The translations under genes and the position numbers were made by a program. A DNA stretch of 64,000 nt from Synergistales bacterium (GTDB taxonomy: Bacteria; Synergistota; Synergistia; Synergistales; JAFGMB01). The stretch covers positions 1,216,001 to 1,280,000 of the forward strand of contig OY762654.1 in NCBI GenBank assembly GCA_963666205.1, given 5' to 3'. Under the pieces are notes generated by a model, which was not told where the DNA came from, did no database searches, and saw only the letters and a list, made by a program, of their open reading frames with translations. Shown here in pieces: positions 33,094 to 43,144 of the stretch. The stretch's first letter is position 1; each line of letters begins with the position of its first letter.

Positions 33094-33462
33094 CGTGCAA
33101 TCCCTCCTTTCAAAACATGAAATCGAAGATTTAACCAGTAAGCACAAGATTCTGAATTAGATGAATAAATGGAGCTTATCTTGCATTAGAATATCACTAT
33201 GCAAGGATTCTTGCAAGATTGCTTTTTATTGCTTTTGACAGGTATTTCTCTTCAACAACAATTTTGTGATGGTGGTAGAGATAAAAAATAGTGTGATCCG
33301 TAAAGGCGATAAGAGAGGATTTTATGGAATCAAGAGGAGAGTTTTCCAAAAATAAGGATACGATCAGATATTCCGATAACAGATCGTTTTTCTGAAAATA
33401 TAAATATCCTGACTCTCTAAATCAGGTTAGCTGAAATCTATTGTTAAAAAGACCGTGATAAC

Positions 33463-34035
33463 TTAGTCCCAGTAACCGATAACGTTATTTCTTCGTTCAG
33501 GACGACCAGGTTTTGAATTCAAATCTGAATATCCCAGGCAAACACAGTAATATGGTTTATAGCCTGTTGGAATTGGAATATCCGACATTTTCTCAGGATA
33601 CGCAAATAAATATTGCACAAAACCGATCCAACAGGAAGCAATTCCGAGGCTAAAAGCTGCCAGAAGCATATTCTGAATTGCTGCGGAGCATTCTGCAATA
33701 GGACCGAAATTCCCATTTGGATTTGATGTCACTTCATCCCCAGATACAATTACAATAGTTGGGGCACTATGGAGCACCTTATATTTCGGATTATTACCAA
33801 GTATCACTGCTCTCGGAATTTTGCTTTCCAACATACATTTCTTAATCCTCTGATCAAGATCCTCAATTTTCTCTTTATCCTGAATGACTAAAAAATTCCA
33901 CCTCTGCAAATTATGTCCACTAGGGGCATAAATTGCTGCATCCAAAATTGCCTCAAGTTTTTCGTCTTCAATTTGTCTTCGTTGATATTGCCTTATACTT
34001 CTGCGGTCTTTAATTGCATCAATAATAGGGTTCAT
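33463..34035 (-). CDS. Nitroreductase family protein
   Basis: RRSIR, APSGHNLQ, QNMLLAA..GIASCWIG. Confidence 0.9.
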   Translation of the reverse strand: MNPIIDAIKDRRSIRQYQRRQIEDEKLEAILDAAIYAPSGHNLQRWNFLVIQDKEKIEDLDQRIKKCMLESKIPRAVILGNNPKYKVLHSAPTIVIVSGDEVTSNPNGNFGPIAECSAAIQNMLLAAFSLGIASCWIGFVQYLFAYPEKMSDIPIPTGYKPYYCVCLGYSDLNSKPGRPERRNNVIGYWD

Positions 34036-34437
34036 TGATCACACACTTCCTTCCTCTGATCATTTTAGAAGCTATGAGAGAAATGCCACAGAACATATGA
34101 GAATATTGTTGCATATCCTTATCTCTATCATGCAATACTAATTGACCCCGCCCCCCAAACGAACTTTTTCCAAATGCTAATACATTATTACAACTTCTTA
34201 AGTAAAATCACCATTGAATCAACAATCAGGCTCATCAAGATACAAACACATAATTCTTCAGCAAAATAACAGGATAGGACGCTATTTCCGTCATACCCTG
34301 TTATTTTTACCTCATCGAACCGAAGGTCCGAATCAATTGTATTTTAGTATATCATTTGACTTTCTCATGTTTCAGATGGATCACTTTGGGGGGAATTAAT
34401 GTTTCGACTATTACTCTCAAAATTTCCAGAAGGTCTA

Positions 34438-34514
34438 TTTTATTCCAGGAAAAGATCTATCTGCGGAATAAACTCAACTATATATAACGTTGGCATCATG
34501 TTATGTCCTTATTG
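34438..34514. repeat. Copy of the two-armed repeat
   Basis: 41-bp exact match to 23673-23713; left arm colinear with 36636-36688. Confidence 0.9.
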
Positions 34515-34647
34515 ATTACGATGTATTGCCTCCTATATCCATCAATCCGGGTATCAGTCAAATTTTTCATATTTCAAGGCTTTCTGTTAAGCCCCCATAA
34601 GAAACATAGCCGATGTTTTCGTTCTTTGAGCTTCTCAACCGGAGAGC

Positions 34648-35115
34648 TTAATCACTGATGTCGTCCAACTGAAAGGAGATGATCTTTCGCAACTCGGAAA
34701 GTGACAGCTCTACCTGATAACCGATTTTTCCGGCACTGAAAATGATCGTTTCCAACATTTCTGCGCTGCTGTCGATCGTGGTATGGAAAAACTTTTTCAT
34801 GCCAATAGGGGAACAGCCGCCATGAACATACCCGGTAAGAGGCTGGAGTTCTTTTGCTTTCAACATATCAATTTTCTTTTCCCCCACAGCTTTTGCTGCT
34901 TTTTTTAAATTCAGATCTTTGCTGACAGGAACCACAAACACGTAGTATTTTTTAGAGGCGCTTACCGCTACAAGGGTCTTAAACACCTGGTCGGGATCCT
35001 GATGGAGCACCGAAGCCACATCCATTCCGCTGACTGCATCTGTATCAGCATAACAGTGGCTTTCATAATTAATTTTCTTTTGCTCCAATAGCCGCATTAC
35101 ATTTGTTTTTTCCAT
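34648..35115 (-). CDS. ybaK: Cys-tRNA(Pro) deacylase YbaK
   Basis: KTNVMRLL, VFKTLV, TGYVHGGCSPIG, SAGKIG. Confidence 0.92.
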   Translation of the reverse strand: MEKTNVMRLLEQKKINYESHCYADTDAVSGMDVASVLHQDPDQVFKTLVAVSASKKYYVFVVPVSKDLNLKKAAKAVGEKKIDMLKAKELQPLTGYVHGGCSPIGMKKFFHTTIDSSAEMLETIIFSAGKIGYQVELSLSELRKIISFQLDDISD

Positions 35116-35133
35116 AACTGCTCTCCAACTTCA

Positions 35134-35254
35134 GAATAAATTAAACTATTTATAATATTAACATCATGCGATGCCCTTATTGTATATGACAAATCGTATC
35201 CTATCTTTATTAACATAGGATATACAGCTGGTTTTCTCGAACTACAAATAGACC
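35134..35254. repeat. Copy of the two-armed repeat with degenerate core (AATAT)
   Basis: aactatttataatattaacatcatg...tatcctatctttattaacataggata. Confidence 0.85.
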
Positions 35255-35362
35255 ATTTGAGAAAACCAGGTCAATATACTGTCAATCTTGATAGCAGATT
35301 CTTCAGTCACCCTCCAAATCAATCAGGTAATATAGAAGCAGATCTTTTCCTATTTCAAACAT

Positions 35363-36430
35363 TTAATCGATCAGAAATTGGAAAATTACAGGTAGTAATG
35401 TCAACACGCTGACAAGGCGTACTGTGTGCAGAACGCTTACCACCAGGGGGTCGGCTCCAACCTCATCGGCGATCATGCTCATCTGGGTCAGTCCTGCTGG
35501 CGATGAGGCTAGAAGACAGGTGCTGTAGTTCCAGTTAGTTATGCGGTAGAGGATCAGACTGAGGAGTATCCCCGAGAGGATCATTACAATGGCCAGGATC
35601 GAAACAGGGACTAACAATCCAGAAAGCATCATCATTGTTTCCCTTGTAATTTCCTGCGAGATGGCCAGCCCAACCCCGATTCGTGCCAGGATACGCAGAT
35701 TCGAGTGGACTCGGGTAAAATTACCCCAAATGACATTGCAGACCCCCACGGCAAACATGGACCCTAAAAGATCTCCCACTGGAATCCCAAGGATACGACC
35801 GGTCAATCCTCCTGCAATAGCGGTTACAGCAAGTCTGATAGCACCAATATAGCCGTTATTTCCAGTTTCAGTCTCTTTTAGATCCGTTATATGCTCTGGA
35901 AGGGGGATCTCTTCCTCAGGATCACGTCTTGACTCGACACCGCGGGCGATAAAGGGCATAAAGATCAGGAAGAAAACCACCCGGAAAAGTTGGAGAAAGG
36001 TAATACTGACCTGATCCTCCCCCAGAGAAATGCCTAATAGAGCCATTTCCGTAAGCCCTCCGGTACTCGACCCAAGGAGAGCTGTTCCAAGAGAAAGACG
36101 GGTTACCCATGAAAGCAGAAAGCCTGAACTGATAGAAAGGATCAGCATCCAGAGGGATACAAGGATCGCTGGCAGGAGGATTTTCCTCATTTCCCTCAGT
36201 GTAGACCTGTTGACTTTCAAGCCAATAAAGCTTCCGATCACTAATTTTGAGACAAAGGTGATCTCATTCGTGGGAAAGGCTAAATGCAAACCAAACATAC
36301 CTATGACTGAGCCCATAAAAAGGGCCCCCAACATGTCGGGTGCCGGGAAGCGCAAAAAAACGAAGAGCTTCCAGCCTAAGATTCCCATAAAGAAAAGTCC
36401 GAACATACCGGTAAGGATTCCGCCGTCCAT
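35363..36430 (-). CDS. AbrB-family (duplicated-domain) membrane protein
   Basis: Internal duplication with GGLTEM..QLFRV and PAGLTQM..HTVRL; start set at MDGGIL. Confidence 0.82.
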   Translation of the reverse strand: MDGGILTGMFGLFFMGILGWKLFVFLRFPAPDMLGALFMGSVIGMFGLHLAFPTNEITFVSKLVIGSFIGLKVNRSTLREMRKILLPAILVSLWMLILSISSGFLLSWVTRLSLGTALLGSSTGGLTEMALLGISLGEDQVSITFLQLFRVVFFLIFMPFIARGVESRRDPEEEIPLPEHITDLKETETGNNGYIGAIRLAVTAIAGGLTGRILGIPVGDLLGSMFAVGVCNVIWGNFTRVHSNLRILARIGVGLAISQEITRETMMMLSGLLVPVSILAIVMILSGILLSLILYRITNWNYSTCLLASSPAGLTQMSMIADEVGADPLVVSVLHTVRLVSVLTLLPVIFQFLID

Positions 36431-36789
36431 ATACTCTACTCTTTCACTCTGCTGGAGTGGCATCAGGTCTCTCCAGCTGGAATTGTTATCAGGATTTTGA
36501 CAGATGCTATTTGGGGATGTCCCTGTTCCCCGAAAAATAGTCCAGTTGGGATGTGACAAAGTTGCAAAAACCGGGCATATTGAAAAGGAAGATCAATGCT
36601 TCAACCATTACTTCTAATGATTCTAAAAGTTGCTTTTTTATTCCAGGAAAGGATGTACCCGTGAAATAACGAAAACTATTTATAACGTCGTGGAAGAGGA
36701 CATCTTAAAGGAAACAACGAAACAGTATAGAGGTACTTCACATAAAAGACCTCTGGATTAACCACGGGATTGATCCTGTACTCAATGGA

Positions 36790-37548
36790 TCAGGAAAGCC
36801 TGATATTCATATCCTTTACAGAAGCCACGACCTGACCCACAAGTTTCAGTTCCTCGTCGCTTCCCTCTTTATAGCGGAATCTGGGGAATGTCAGGCTTAC
36901 AGCCGCTACCGGCGCTCCGAATGAAAAGAGGGGAACGGCTATACATGCCAGTCCGGTCATGCATTCTTCATTATCCAAGGCATAACCGCGTTTTCGAACT
37001 TCCTTAAGTTCCTTTAGAAGGTCATCCAGTGAACTTATTGTTTTTTCGGTAAATCTGATGAAGGCCTCTTTTTCAAAGAAGCTTTTAACTTCACTTTCAG
37101 GCATATGGGCCAGCATAGCCTTTCCTACCCCAACGCTGTAGGCAGGAAAGGTTTTACCGATCTCCACATTTACCCTTATAGTATTTCTGGATTCAACCTG
37201 ATCTATGTATTGGACCTTTGCCCCTTCAAGGACAGCAAGGTGAACAGATTCACCTGTATCCTCAGAAAGGCTCTCCATGTAAGGCCGTACCTGGGAAATA
37301 AGACTCTGATTCCTGTCCTTTTCCCTGCCTATCTGGGAAAACTTGAAGGTCAGGCTATATTGTTTATTAGAAAGATCCTGCTGAACATAACCCAGAGAAC
37401 AGAGCGTGGCGAGAAACCTGTATACCGTACTCTTGTTCATATTCAGTTCTTCACTCAGATTCAAGATGCTCTGTTCTCCATTTTTCGAGAGATATTCTAT
37501 TATGGCAAATGCCTTATGGAGGGATATATTTTCTTTCATTGTCGTCAT
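36790..37548 (-). CDS. IclR family transcriptional regulator
   Basis: KSTVYRFLATL HTH; GESVHLA; GKAMLA; RGYALDNEE. Confidence 0.93.
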   Translation of the reverse strand: MTTMKENISLHKAFAIIEYLSKNGEQSILNLSEELNMNKSTVYRFLATLCSLGYVQQDLSNKQYSLTFKFSQIGREKDRNQSLISQVRPYMESLSEDTGESVHLAVLEGAKVQYIDQVESRNTIRVNVEIGKTFPAYSVGVGKAMLAHMPESEVKSFFEKEAFIRFTEKTISSLDDLLKELKEVRKRGYALDNEECMTGLACIAVPLFSFGAPVAAVSLTFPRFRYKEGSDEELKLVGQVVASVKDMNIRLS

Positions 37549-37757
37549 CTCTTTTCATCTGGAAGAAATATTGTTAATAATGTTATTATGTGAAATCAGG
37601 TTTCGCTGGATGCAAAATCATACTAACACACTTTAAACTCCAGTCAATTATTATCTTATTCAGATGCCCTCTGATCTCAACTTCATCATTTCGTACAATC
37701 CTGAAAAACTTAAGCTTTTCCCTGATGGTTTACAGAAACAATGGAAGGGCATTATAT

Positions 37758-38492
37758 TCAGCATAAGGATAGGGGCCAGTTCATAGCCTCCTGCTCCAGC
37801 CTTCTGAAAAAAGTTTCTTCAAGAATATCGATCATCCAGCCCTCGTCAGGAAGATAACCGTCTCCCCTCCATTCAATCCCATGGGCAGTACCTAGCCAGA
37901 GTATTCGGATCTCCTTTGATGACAGCCTTCTGAGATGCATCCTTAATAACTGTCTTACGGATCTTTGACAGGCCTGATAATATTCTCCCTTTCCCCTCTG
38001 AAGCTGAAAGCAGTATTCCTCCCAGCAGTTCGAGAAAGAAAAGCTGGTATCAGCAGTCATGACCGTATTTTCAAGATCCATCAGTTCGTCCTTTATTTTT
38101 CCGGCAATGTTCCTGTAGTACTTATCTATTTCTTCTTTAATGATCACTGCAAGAAATATCTTTAATTTATTGCGTACTGTTTCAGAGAATCCAGGGGCTT
38201 CCCGACATTCACCAATTGTCCCTGGAGGGAAAGAAAGATCCCTGTCCGGGAAATCAGTGTCTTCACCGGACATCTTTTCCAGATAGATCCTGATCAGATG
38301 ATCAATTATGGAAGACCTTTCAGTTCCATCTTTCCAGAAGGAAAAATAAAAGTCATTCCAGCACTTATCAAGTTCCCCTTTATCCGTATTTTCATCAAGG
38401 ACTGAAAGAAGTGTATAAAAATCATTCCATACCAGACCAGCATAGTACCTGCATTTATCATTAATTATCTGATCGATATCAAGATCGGACAT
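37758..38492 (-). CDS. Hypothetical protein
   Basis: 244-aa ORF with plausible RBS; no family recognised. Confidence 0.6.
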   Translation of the reverse strand: MSDLDIDQIINDKCRYYAGLVWNDFYTLLSVLDENTDKGELDKCWNDFYFSFWKDGTERSSIIDHLIRIYLEKMSGEDTDFPDRDLSFPPGTIGECREAPGFSETVRNKLKIFLAVIIKEEIDKYYRNIAGKIKDELMDLENTVMTADTSFSFSNCWEEYCFQLQRGKGEYYQACQRSVRQLLRMHLRRLSSKEIRILWLGTAHGIEWRGDGYLPDEGWMIDILEETFFRRLEQEAMNWPLSLC

Positions 38493-38563
38493 TCTTTAAA
38501 ATCCTTCTTTCTTCCATGTTTTAATGAACTTTTATCTCATCAATTGGAATTTAAGATCTTTTT

Positions 38564-39364
38564 CTAAAAAACTGCATAATCATCATCTTTCCTGTCAGTA
38601 ATGAACATATAGCCGGGTGAATGGGTAAGAGCAAAAAAAGGCTTCGACCTCATAAGAGCTGCCTGAGGCGTAACACCGCATGCCCAGAAGACGGGTACTT
38701 CTCCCTCTTTAACGGTTACACTGTCACCAAAGTCGGGATGGCCTATATCCTTAATTCCTATCTTCCCAGGATCACCTATATGAACAGGCGCTCCGTGGAC
38801 TGAAGGAAACCTGGCAGTGGTGAGGACGGTTCTGGTTATCATTTCCGAAGGTACAGGTCGCATTGAGACCACCATGGGACCCTCAAGGGAACCTGCTTTT
38901 TCACATTGTATATTCGTAATATACATCGGGACGTTCCTGCCTTCTTCAATGTGGCGCACCGGAATCCCCCTTTTCAGAAGAGCTCCCTCAAATGTGAAGG
39001 AACAGCCAAGAAGAAAACCTACCATATCCCTGTTCCAGTACTTTCTGACTTCAATGGGTTCATCTATCAGTTCGCCCTTCTCCCAGACCCTGTACCTGGG
39101 CAGATCGGTCCTCAGGTCGCTGCCGGGAGCAGTGATCCGTGCCTCTGCCAGACCCGGTTCTGTAACATCCAGAAGGGGACATGGTTTCGGATTCCTCTGG
39201 CAGAACACCAGAAAATCGTATGCCAGGTCCCTGGGAAGCACCACCAGGTTAGCCTGAGTGTACCCTGCAGATATACCGGCTGTTGGACGGACCAGTTCTC
39301 CTCTGCGGCAAAGTTCCCTTGCCCTGGATGGCAGCATTATGGAAAGGTCTTCAGAATTCAGCAT
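38564..39364 (-). CDS. DUF1445/YcsI putative hydro-lyase (D-glutamate cyclase family)
   Basis: QANL, FCQRNPKPCP, DLRTDLP, GCSFTFE, FWACGVTPQ, THSPG. Confidence 0.88.
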   Translation of the reverse strand: MLNSEDLSIMLPSRARELCRRGELVRPTAGISAGYTQANLVVLPRDLAYDFLVFCQRNPKPCPLLDVTEPGLAEARITAPGSDLRTDLPRYRVWEKGELIDEPIEVRKYWNRDMVGFLLGCSFTFEGALLKRGIPVRHIEEGRNVPMYITNIQCEKAGSLEGPMVVSMRPVPSEMITRTVLTTARFPSVHGAPVHIGDPGKIGIKDIGHPDFGDSVTVKEGEVPVFWACGVTPQAALMRSKPFFALTHSPGYMFITDRKDDDYAVF

Positions 39365-39402
39365 TGATTTACCTCCCGAATGATAGTTTCAAAAGGATAT
39401 TG

Positions 39403-40071
39403 TCAGAATATCCATCTATGGTCAAGGAACCCCAGGGCAATAGCCCATGTTCCAAGACCGACTTTGACGGCAATGAGAATATTAAGAGAAGGGATCAGCC
39501 CCCCGCTGAGGAAAGAACCTGGATCACCACTGACCGGAACCGACATGAAAAAGGAAAGCATGGAGACAAATAATACAAGCAGCCAGGCCTCTTTTTCCAT
39601 GGCCTCGGGCCTTTCTTCCGAAAGATAGGCTCTAAGGCGACTGCTGTCATTTGTAAGTGACTGAATGACCATGGAAGTACCCAGGGCAACTCCTGCGGCA
39701 AAACCGCCTCCCGGAGAAAGATGTCCTGTAATGGCAAGAACTGTCCCGAACAGGAAAGCCAGGAACGATGCGGCTTTGAACATTATGGCTGTAGCTGGAT
39801 CCACGTGGAGATACCTTTCAAGGGTGAACTTGCTGCCTCTGTTAAGAAAATAAAGTGCTCCTGTTATGGAAATTGAAAATACAATGACCTCAAATATGGT
39901 GTCATAAAGCCTGTTCCGAAGATAGATAAGAGTTACTGTATTGGGGATACCCCCTTCCCGAAGCAGCTTATGCGATAAATATCCTCTTTCAGGCCCATCC
40001 CATCCTCCGGATGCAAGAAAGAGGAAAACGAGAACAATAGCTGCAAGGTACGATCTCTTGAGATATTTCAT
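39403..40071 (-). CDS. mnhB: Mrp/Mnh antiporter subunit B-like
   Basis: NRLYDTIFEV, GHLSPGGGFAAG. Confidence 0.85.
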   Translation of the reverse strand: MKYLKRSYLAAIVLVFLFLASGGWDGPERGYLSHKLLREGGIPNTVTLIYLRNRLYDTIFEVIVFSISITGALYFLNRGSKFTLERYLHVDPATAIMFKAASFLAFLFGTVLAITGHLSPGGGFAAGVALGTSMVIQSLTNDSSRLRAYLSEERPEAMEKEAWLLVLFVSMLSFFMSVPVSGDPGSFLSGGLIPSLNILIAVKVGLGTWAIALGFLDHRWIF

Positions 40072-40784
40072 GCTCTCTCCCCCAGGTATCTGCTTCTCAG
40101 ATCTTCAAGGATGTGCCTTTCCTCACTGGTAAATTTCAAAAGCATATCCCTCAGATCGTGGGCATCCTCTGAAATAAGTATCGAATAAAAAGCGCTTTCA
40201 GACTCACCCTCCAAAGGGATATCTTCTCCGGACCGTCTTTTTTCAAGCACTCTCAGAATATCCAGCCATTCTCCACCAGCCATGGGATAGACCATTGTTT
40301 CAACAACAGGAAGGTTGAGATATCCATCTCCACTGTCATGAGGTCGAACAAAAGGACCGATCGCCATGTCCATTACCCCTTCCTGAAGGGCATCCTTAAG
40401 AGATTCCCTGTTTTCAAATAGAACGAACCTGGCTTTTATACCTGCCGAACCGCCAAAGGCTTCAAGAAGGTCCACCATGAATCCCTGAGGTTTCTCCTTA
40501 TCGGTATGGACAAGAGGGGAAAGTTCAACATATCCGACGCGAAACTCACCAGTGGAGGTAAATACCACCACATAGAGCAGAGTTACCAGAAGGGCTCCCA
40601 TAAGAGCCTCGGTAAGGGCCACATCCGGTGCCCCCATAAGTGCATAAGCTATCGCCGCTGCAACGCCGAGCATTCCCCTGGCTATTATGGCATGTAACAG
40701 ATGCTTCTCCCCCAGGGTTATAAGGGCCAGGAACGGGATAAGAAGGACAGTCCCTGCTACCAGAAGATCAGAGGCTGACATCAT
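40068..40784 (-). CDS. DUF4040 (MrpA/B-related) subunit with soluble C-terminal extension
   Basis: GAPDVALTEALMG; about 160-aa soluble tail. Confidence 0.8.
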   Translation of the reverse strand: MMSASDLLVAGTVLLIPFLALITLGEKHLLHAIIARGMLGVAAAIAYALMGAPDVALTEALMGALLVTLLYVVVFTSTGEFRVGYVELSPLVHTDKEKPQGFMVDLLEAFGGSAGIKARFVLFENRESLKDALQEGVMDMAIGPFVRPHDSGDGYLNLPVVETMVYPMAGGEWLDILRVLEKRRSGEDIPLEGESESAFYSILISEDAHDLRDMLLKFTSEERHILEDLRSRYLGERA

Positions 40785-41065
40785 TGTTCCTTCCCTTCTA
40801 TCAGACGTACCGCACCCCTGGCAATTATATAGGACACCATGGGCCCCCACATAAGTAAGGCCAGAAAGGCAACGGAAAGAGGGATTATCCTTTCAGGATG
40901 TAATATTACAAGTCCCGCCACTATAAGCATGGCACCAAGAGTATCGGACACTCCAAGTGTGTGAAGCTTGACGATGATCGGAACGGGTTTAAGAAGGTAG
41001 AGGGTTCCCCAGACCATCAGAAGCGCCCCCAGCCCCATCATGATATCTGCAAAAAGGATCATCAC
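40781..41065 (-). CDS. mnhG: Mrp/Mnh subunit G
   Basis: KLHTLGVSDTLG; operon position. Confidence 0.85.
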   Translation of the reverse strand: MMILFADIMMGLGALLMVWGTLYLLKPVPIIVKLHTLGVSDTLGAMLIVAGLVILHPERIIPLSVAFLALLMWGPMVSYIIARGAVRLIEGKEQ

Positions 41066-41316
41066 CGGGGATTCCTCCTCTCCAGCACAATGGCCAGTAC
41101 CATGACACCCAGATCTCCCAGGATGAGAGCGGCAAGGGCCACAACAGTAATGGATGGATCACCTGTCATGGCAGATATCAGGAGGATAAGGACAGCACCT
41201 TTAATTGAAAGGGAGGAAAAGGCCATAATCTTCATCCATGCCCCCTCCGAAGAGTGAAATATCCATGCTGATAGGAAAAGGAGCGCCAGCATTATGAAAG
41301 AAACAGCGGGTATCAC
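41062..41316 (-). CDS. mnhF: Mrp/Mnh subunit F-like
   Basis: 84 aa, 3 TM, translationally coupled between mnhE and mnhG. Confidence 0.65.
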   Translation of the reverse strand: MIPAVSFIMLALLFLSAWIFHSSEGAWMKIMAFSSLSIKGAVLILLISAMTGDPSITVVALAALILGDLGVMVLAIVLERRNPR

Positions 41317-41690
41317 TTTTTATCCTCCTCGAACCTGTGGATCAGGATCTCATTCAGATGATCCACGTGGATCGCAACAGTCTTTGGTGTAAGGGTAACA
41401 AGAAATACCCTTGTAAATATAGTCCACGGAGAAGCCTCATGAATCCTCTCTGTGAGATAACCTCTTCTGTATTTCCTGGAAAAAATAAGCACAAAAGCTT
41501 CTTTATAAGCTATAAAAATTGTCTTGGTCAAAAGCCACAGGAAATACACGAATTGTTTCCAGGGTAAAGATATGGACAGGATCCTGTCCAGGCAAAAGCA
41601 CAATATCAACCCGGTTACAATGAGGGGAATATCATGAAGCCCCGTCAATGCTACCCAAAGAAGAAATGCTGCCGCCACAAGAGGGGTCAT
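41313..41690 (-). CDS. mnhE: Mrp/Mnh subunit E
   Basis: VTLTPKT..LIH motif. Confidence 0.82.
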   Translation of the reverse strand: MTPLVAAAFLLWVALTGLHDIPLIVTGLILCFCLDRILSISLPWKQFVYFLWLLTKTIFIAYKEAFVLIFSRKYRRGYLTERIHEASPWTIFTRVFLVTLTPKTVAIHVDHLNEILIHRFEEDKK

Positions 41691-43144
41691 GAACCGAACA
41701 CTCCTATCATTGCAAGTATGCAGAAAAGAGACAGACCAATTATATGTACAAGCTCTTCAGGCCATTTGGGGATTTTCCAGTATCTGTCAAAAAGAAACAC
41801 CCTGTAAATTGCCATCCCTGCTAAAACCATTAAGGTAGATTTAAAAACATTGGACCATTCTGGTTTCATATGGACGAACTCAAGAACCAGAATGGAGGAA
41901 AGAAAAAAGAGGTTGCGTAAATTTACCACTCCTGTCCATTTCCCTGATGGAAGAAGGGGAAGGAAAAGAAACCTGGATGCATACACACATGAACCCATGG
42001 CAGCCAGATATACCGGGTAAACCTGCCATGCTGAAAGCCCCTTGAATACTATTGCCTTGGCTCCCAAACCTCCGAGAAGGGGAAGGCCCGCAAGTGCAAG
42101 AGATGCAATAACCAGAGGAAGCCAGTTCTCCTTCTTCAAACCACGTATTTGAAGAATATGCAGGTCCCTTTCTTTAAGTTCACCCGCACAGAGGAAAAGC
42201 CATGCCTTTAAGAGACCATGTGCCAGGGCATAAATATGACCTGCTCCTGGTACTGCCAGGATAAAACCCGTCTGGGAGACAGAGCTGTAAGCAATGACCT
42301 TTTTTATATCTCTCTCTACTGAAGCATAGCACATTCCCCAGAGCGATCCTGCCGCCGCAAGAATCAGGACGATCCTGAAGGCAGTCGGGTTCAGAAGGGA
42401 GATGCGAAGCAGAGGGGCAAGACCTATCTTGACTATAACTCCCGAGAGAAGAGCAGATACTGCTGTTTCAGCTTCTCCATAAGCTTCCGGTACCCAGAGA
42501 CCCATAAGAAACACTCCTCCCTTGATACAGAGACCTGTTACCAGTAGATAAACAGGAAGCCCGGAAAGGTCCGGAAGGATCGACATAGAGAAAGATCCGC
42601 TCCGGTTATAGGCATACAGGCACCCCAGCAGATAGAGGATCATACCAACGTTACCAACCATGAGATAAATAACAGCTGACCAGGCCTGCCTTGGCTTTTT
42701 ACCCAGCCTTATGAGAAGAAAGGCCAGTATACTTCCAAGCTCAACACAGACAAAGACATTGAACAGGTCGTAACTTATGAATACAGCATTTGCCGTTCCA
42801 TGTAACATGGCCATGAGAGGGAAGGCGAAAAGAGGGAGAGCTCCTTTTTGCATAGAAATAGTTACTCCAAGAAATACCAGACAATTCATAAGCACAAAGG
42901 TCCATGCGAACCGGTCCAGCAGAAGCTCTACACCGAAGGAACCTTCCAGGGAAAAACGGATCTCCTTACCATAGGCAAGCATAAGAACGGCAAGAATGGA
43001 ACCGGATAAAAATACAAAAGAAAGGATCCTCTTCCCATGATCAGGTTTCTTGAGAAGTATCACTCCTGTAATCAGGGGTATCAATACTATCAGGCAGATC
43101 GAAAATAGACCTGTAAGGTTTTGCGGGGCCATCAACGCTTCCAT
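41687..43144 (-). CDS. mnhD: Mrp/Mnh subunit D (copy 1)
   Basis: DLFNVFVCVE, IKGG..WVPEAY, SALLSG, AYSSVSQ, HGLLKA. Confidence 0.88.
   Translation of the reverse strand: MEALMAPQNLTGLFSICLIVLIPLITGVILLKKPDHGKRILSFVFLSGSILAVLMLAYGKEIRFSLEGSFGVELLLDRFAWTFVLMNCLVFLGVTISMQKGALPLFAFPLMAMLHGTANAVFISYDLFNVFVCVELGSILAFLLIRLGKKPRQAWSAVIYLMVGNVGMILYLLGCLYAYNRSGSFSMSILPDLSGLPVYLLVTGLCIKGGVFLMGLWVPEAYGEAETAVSALLSGVIVKIGLAPLLRISLLNPTAFRIVLILAAAGSLWGMCYASVERDIKKVIAYSSVSQTGFILAVPGAGHIYALAHGLLKAWLFLCAGELKERDLHILQIRGLKKENWLPLVIASLALAGLPLLGGLGAKAIVFKGLSAWQVYPVYLAAMGSCVYASRFLFLPLLPSGKWTGVVNLRNLFFLSSILVLEFVHMKPEWSNVFKSTLMVLAGMAIYRVFLFDRYWKIPKWPEELVHIIGLSLFCILAMIGVFGS

Larger units (their letters stand above)
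23145..36688. mobile_element. Putative 13.5-kb modular insertion bounded by AACGT-core half-sites, with three internal full sites
   Basis: Repeat family at 23145 (right arm only), 23673-23803, 34438-34514, 35134-35254 and 36636-36688 (left arm only); all cargo genes on the minus strand; no recombinase in the window. Confidence 0.6.
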
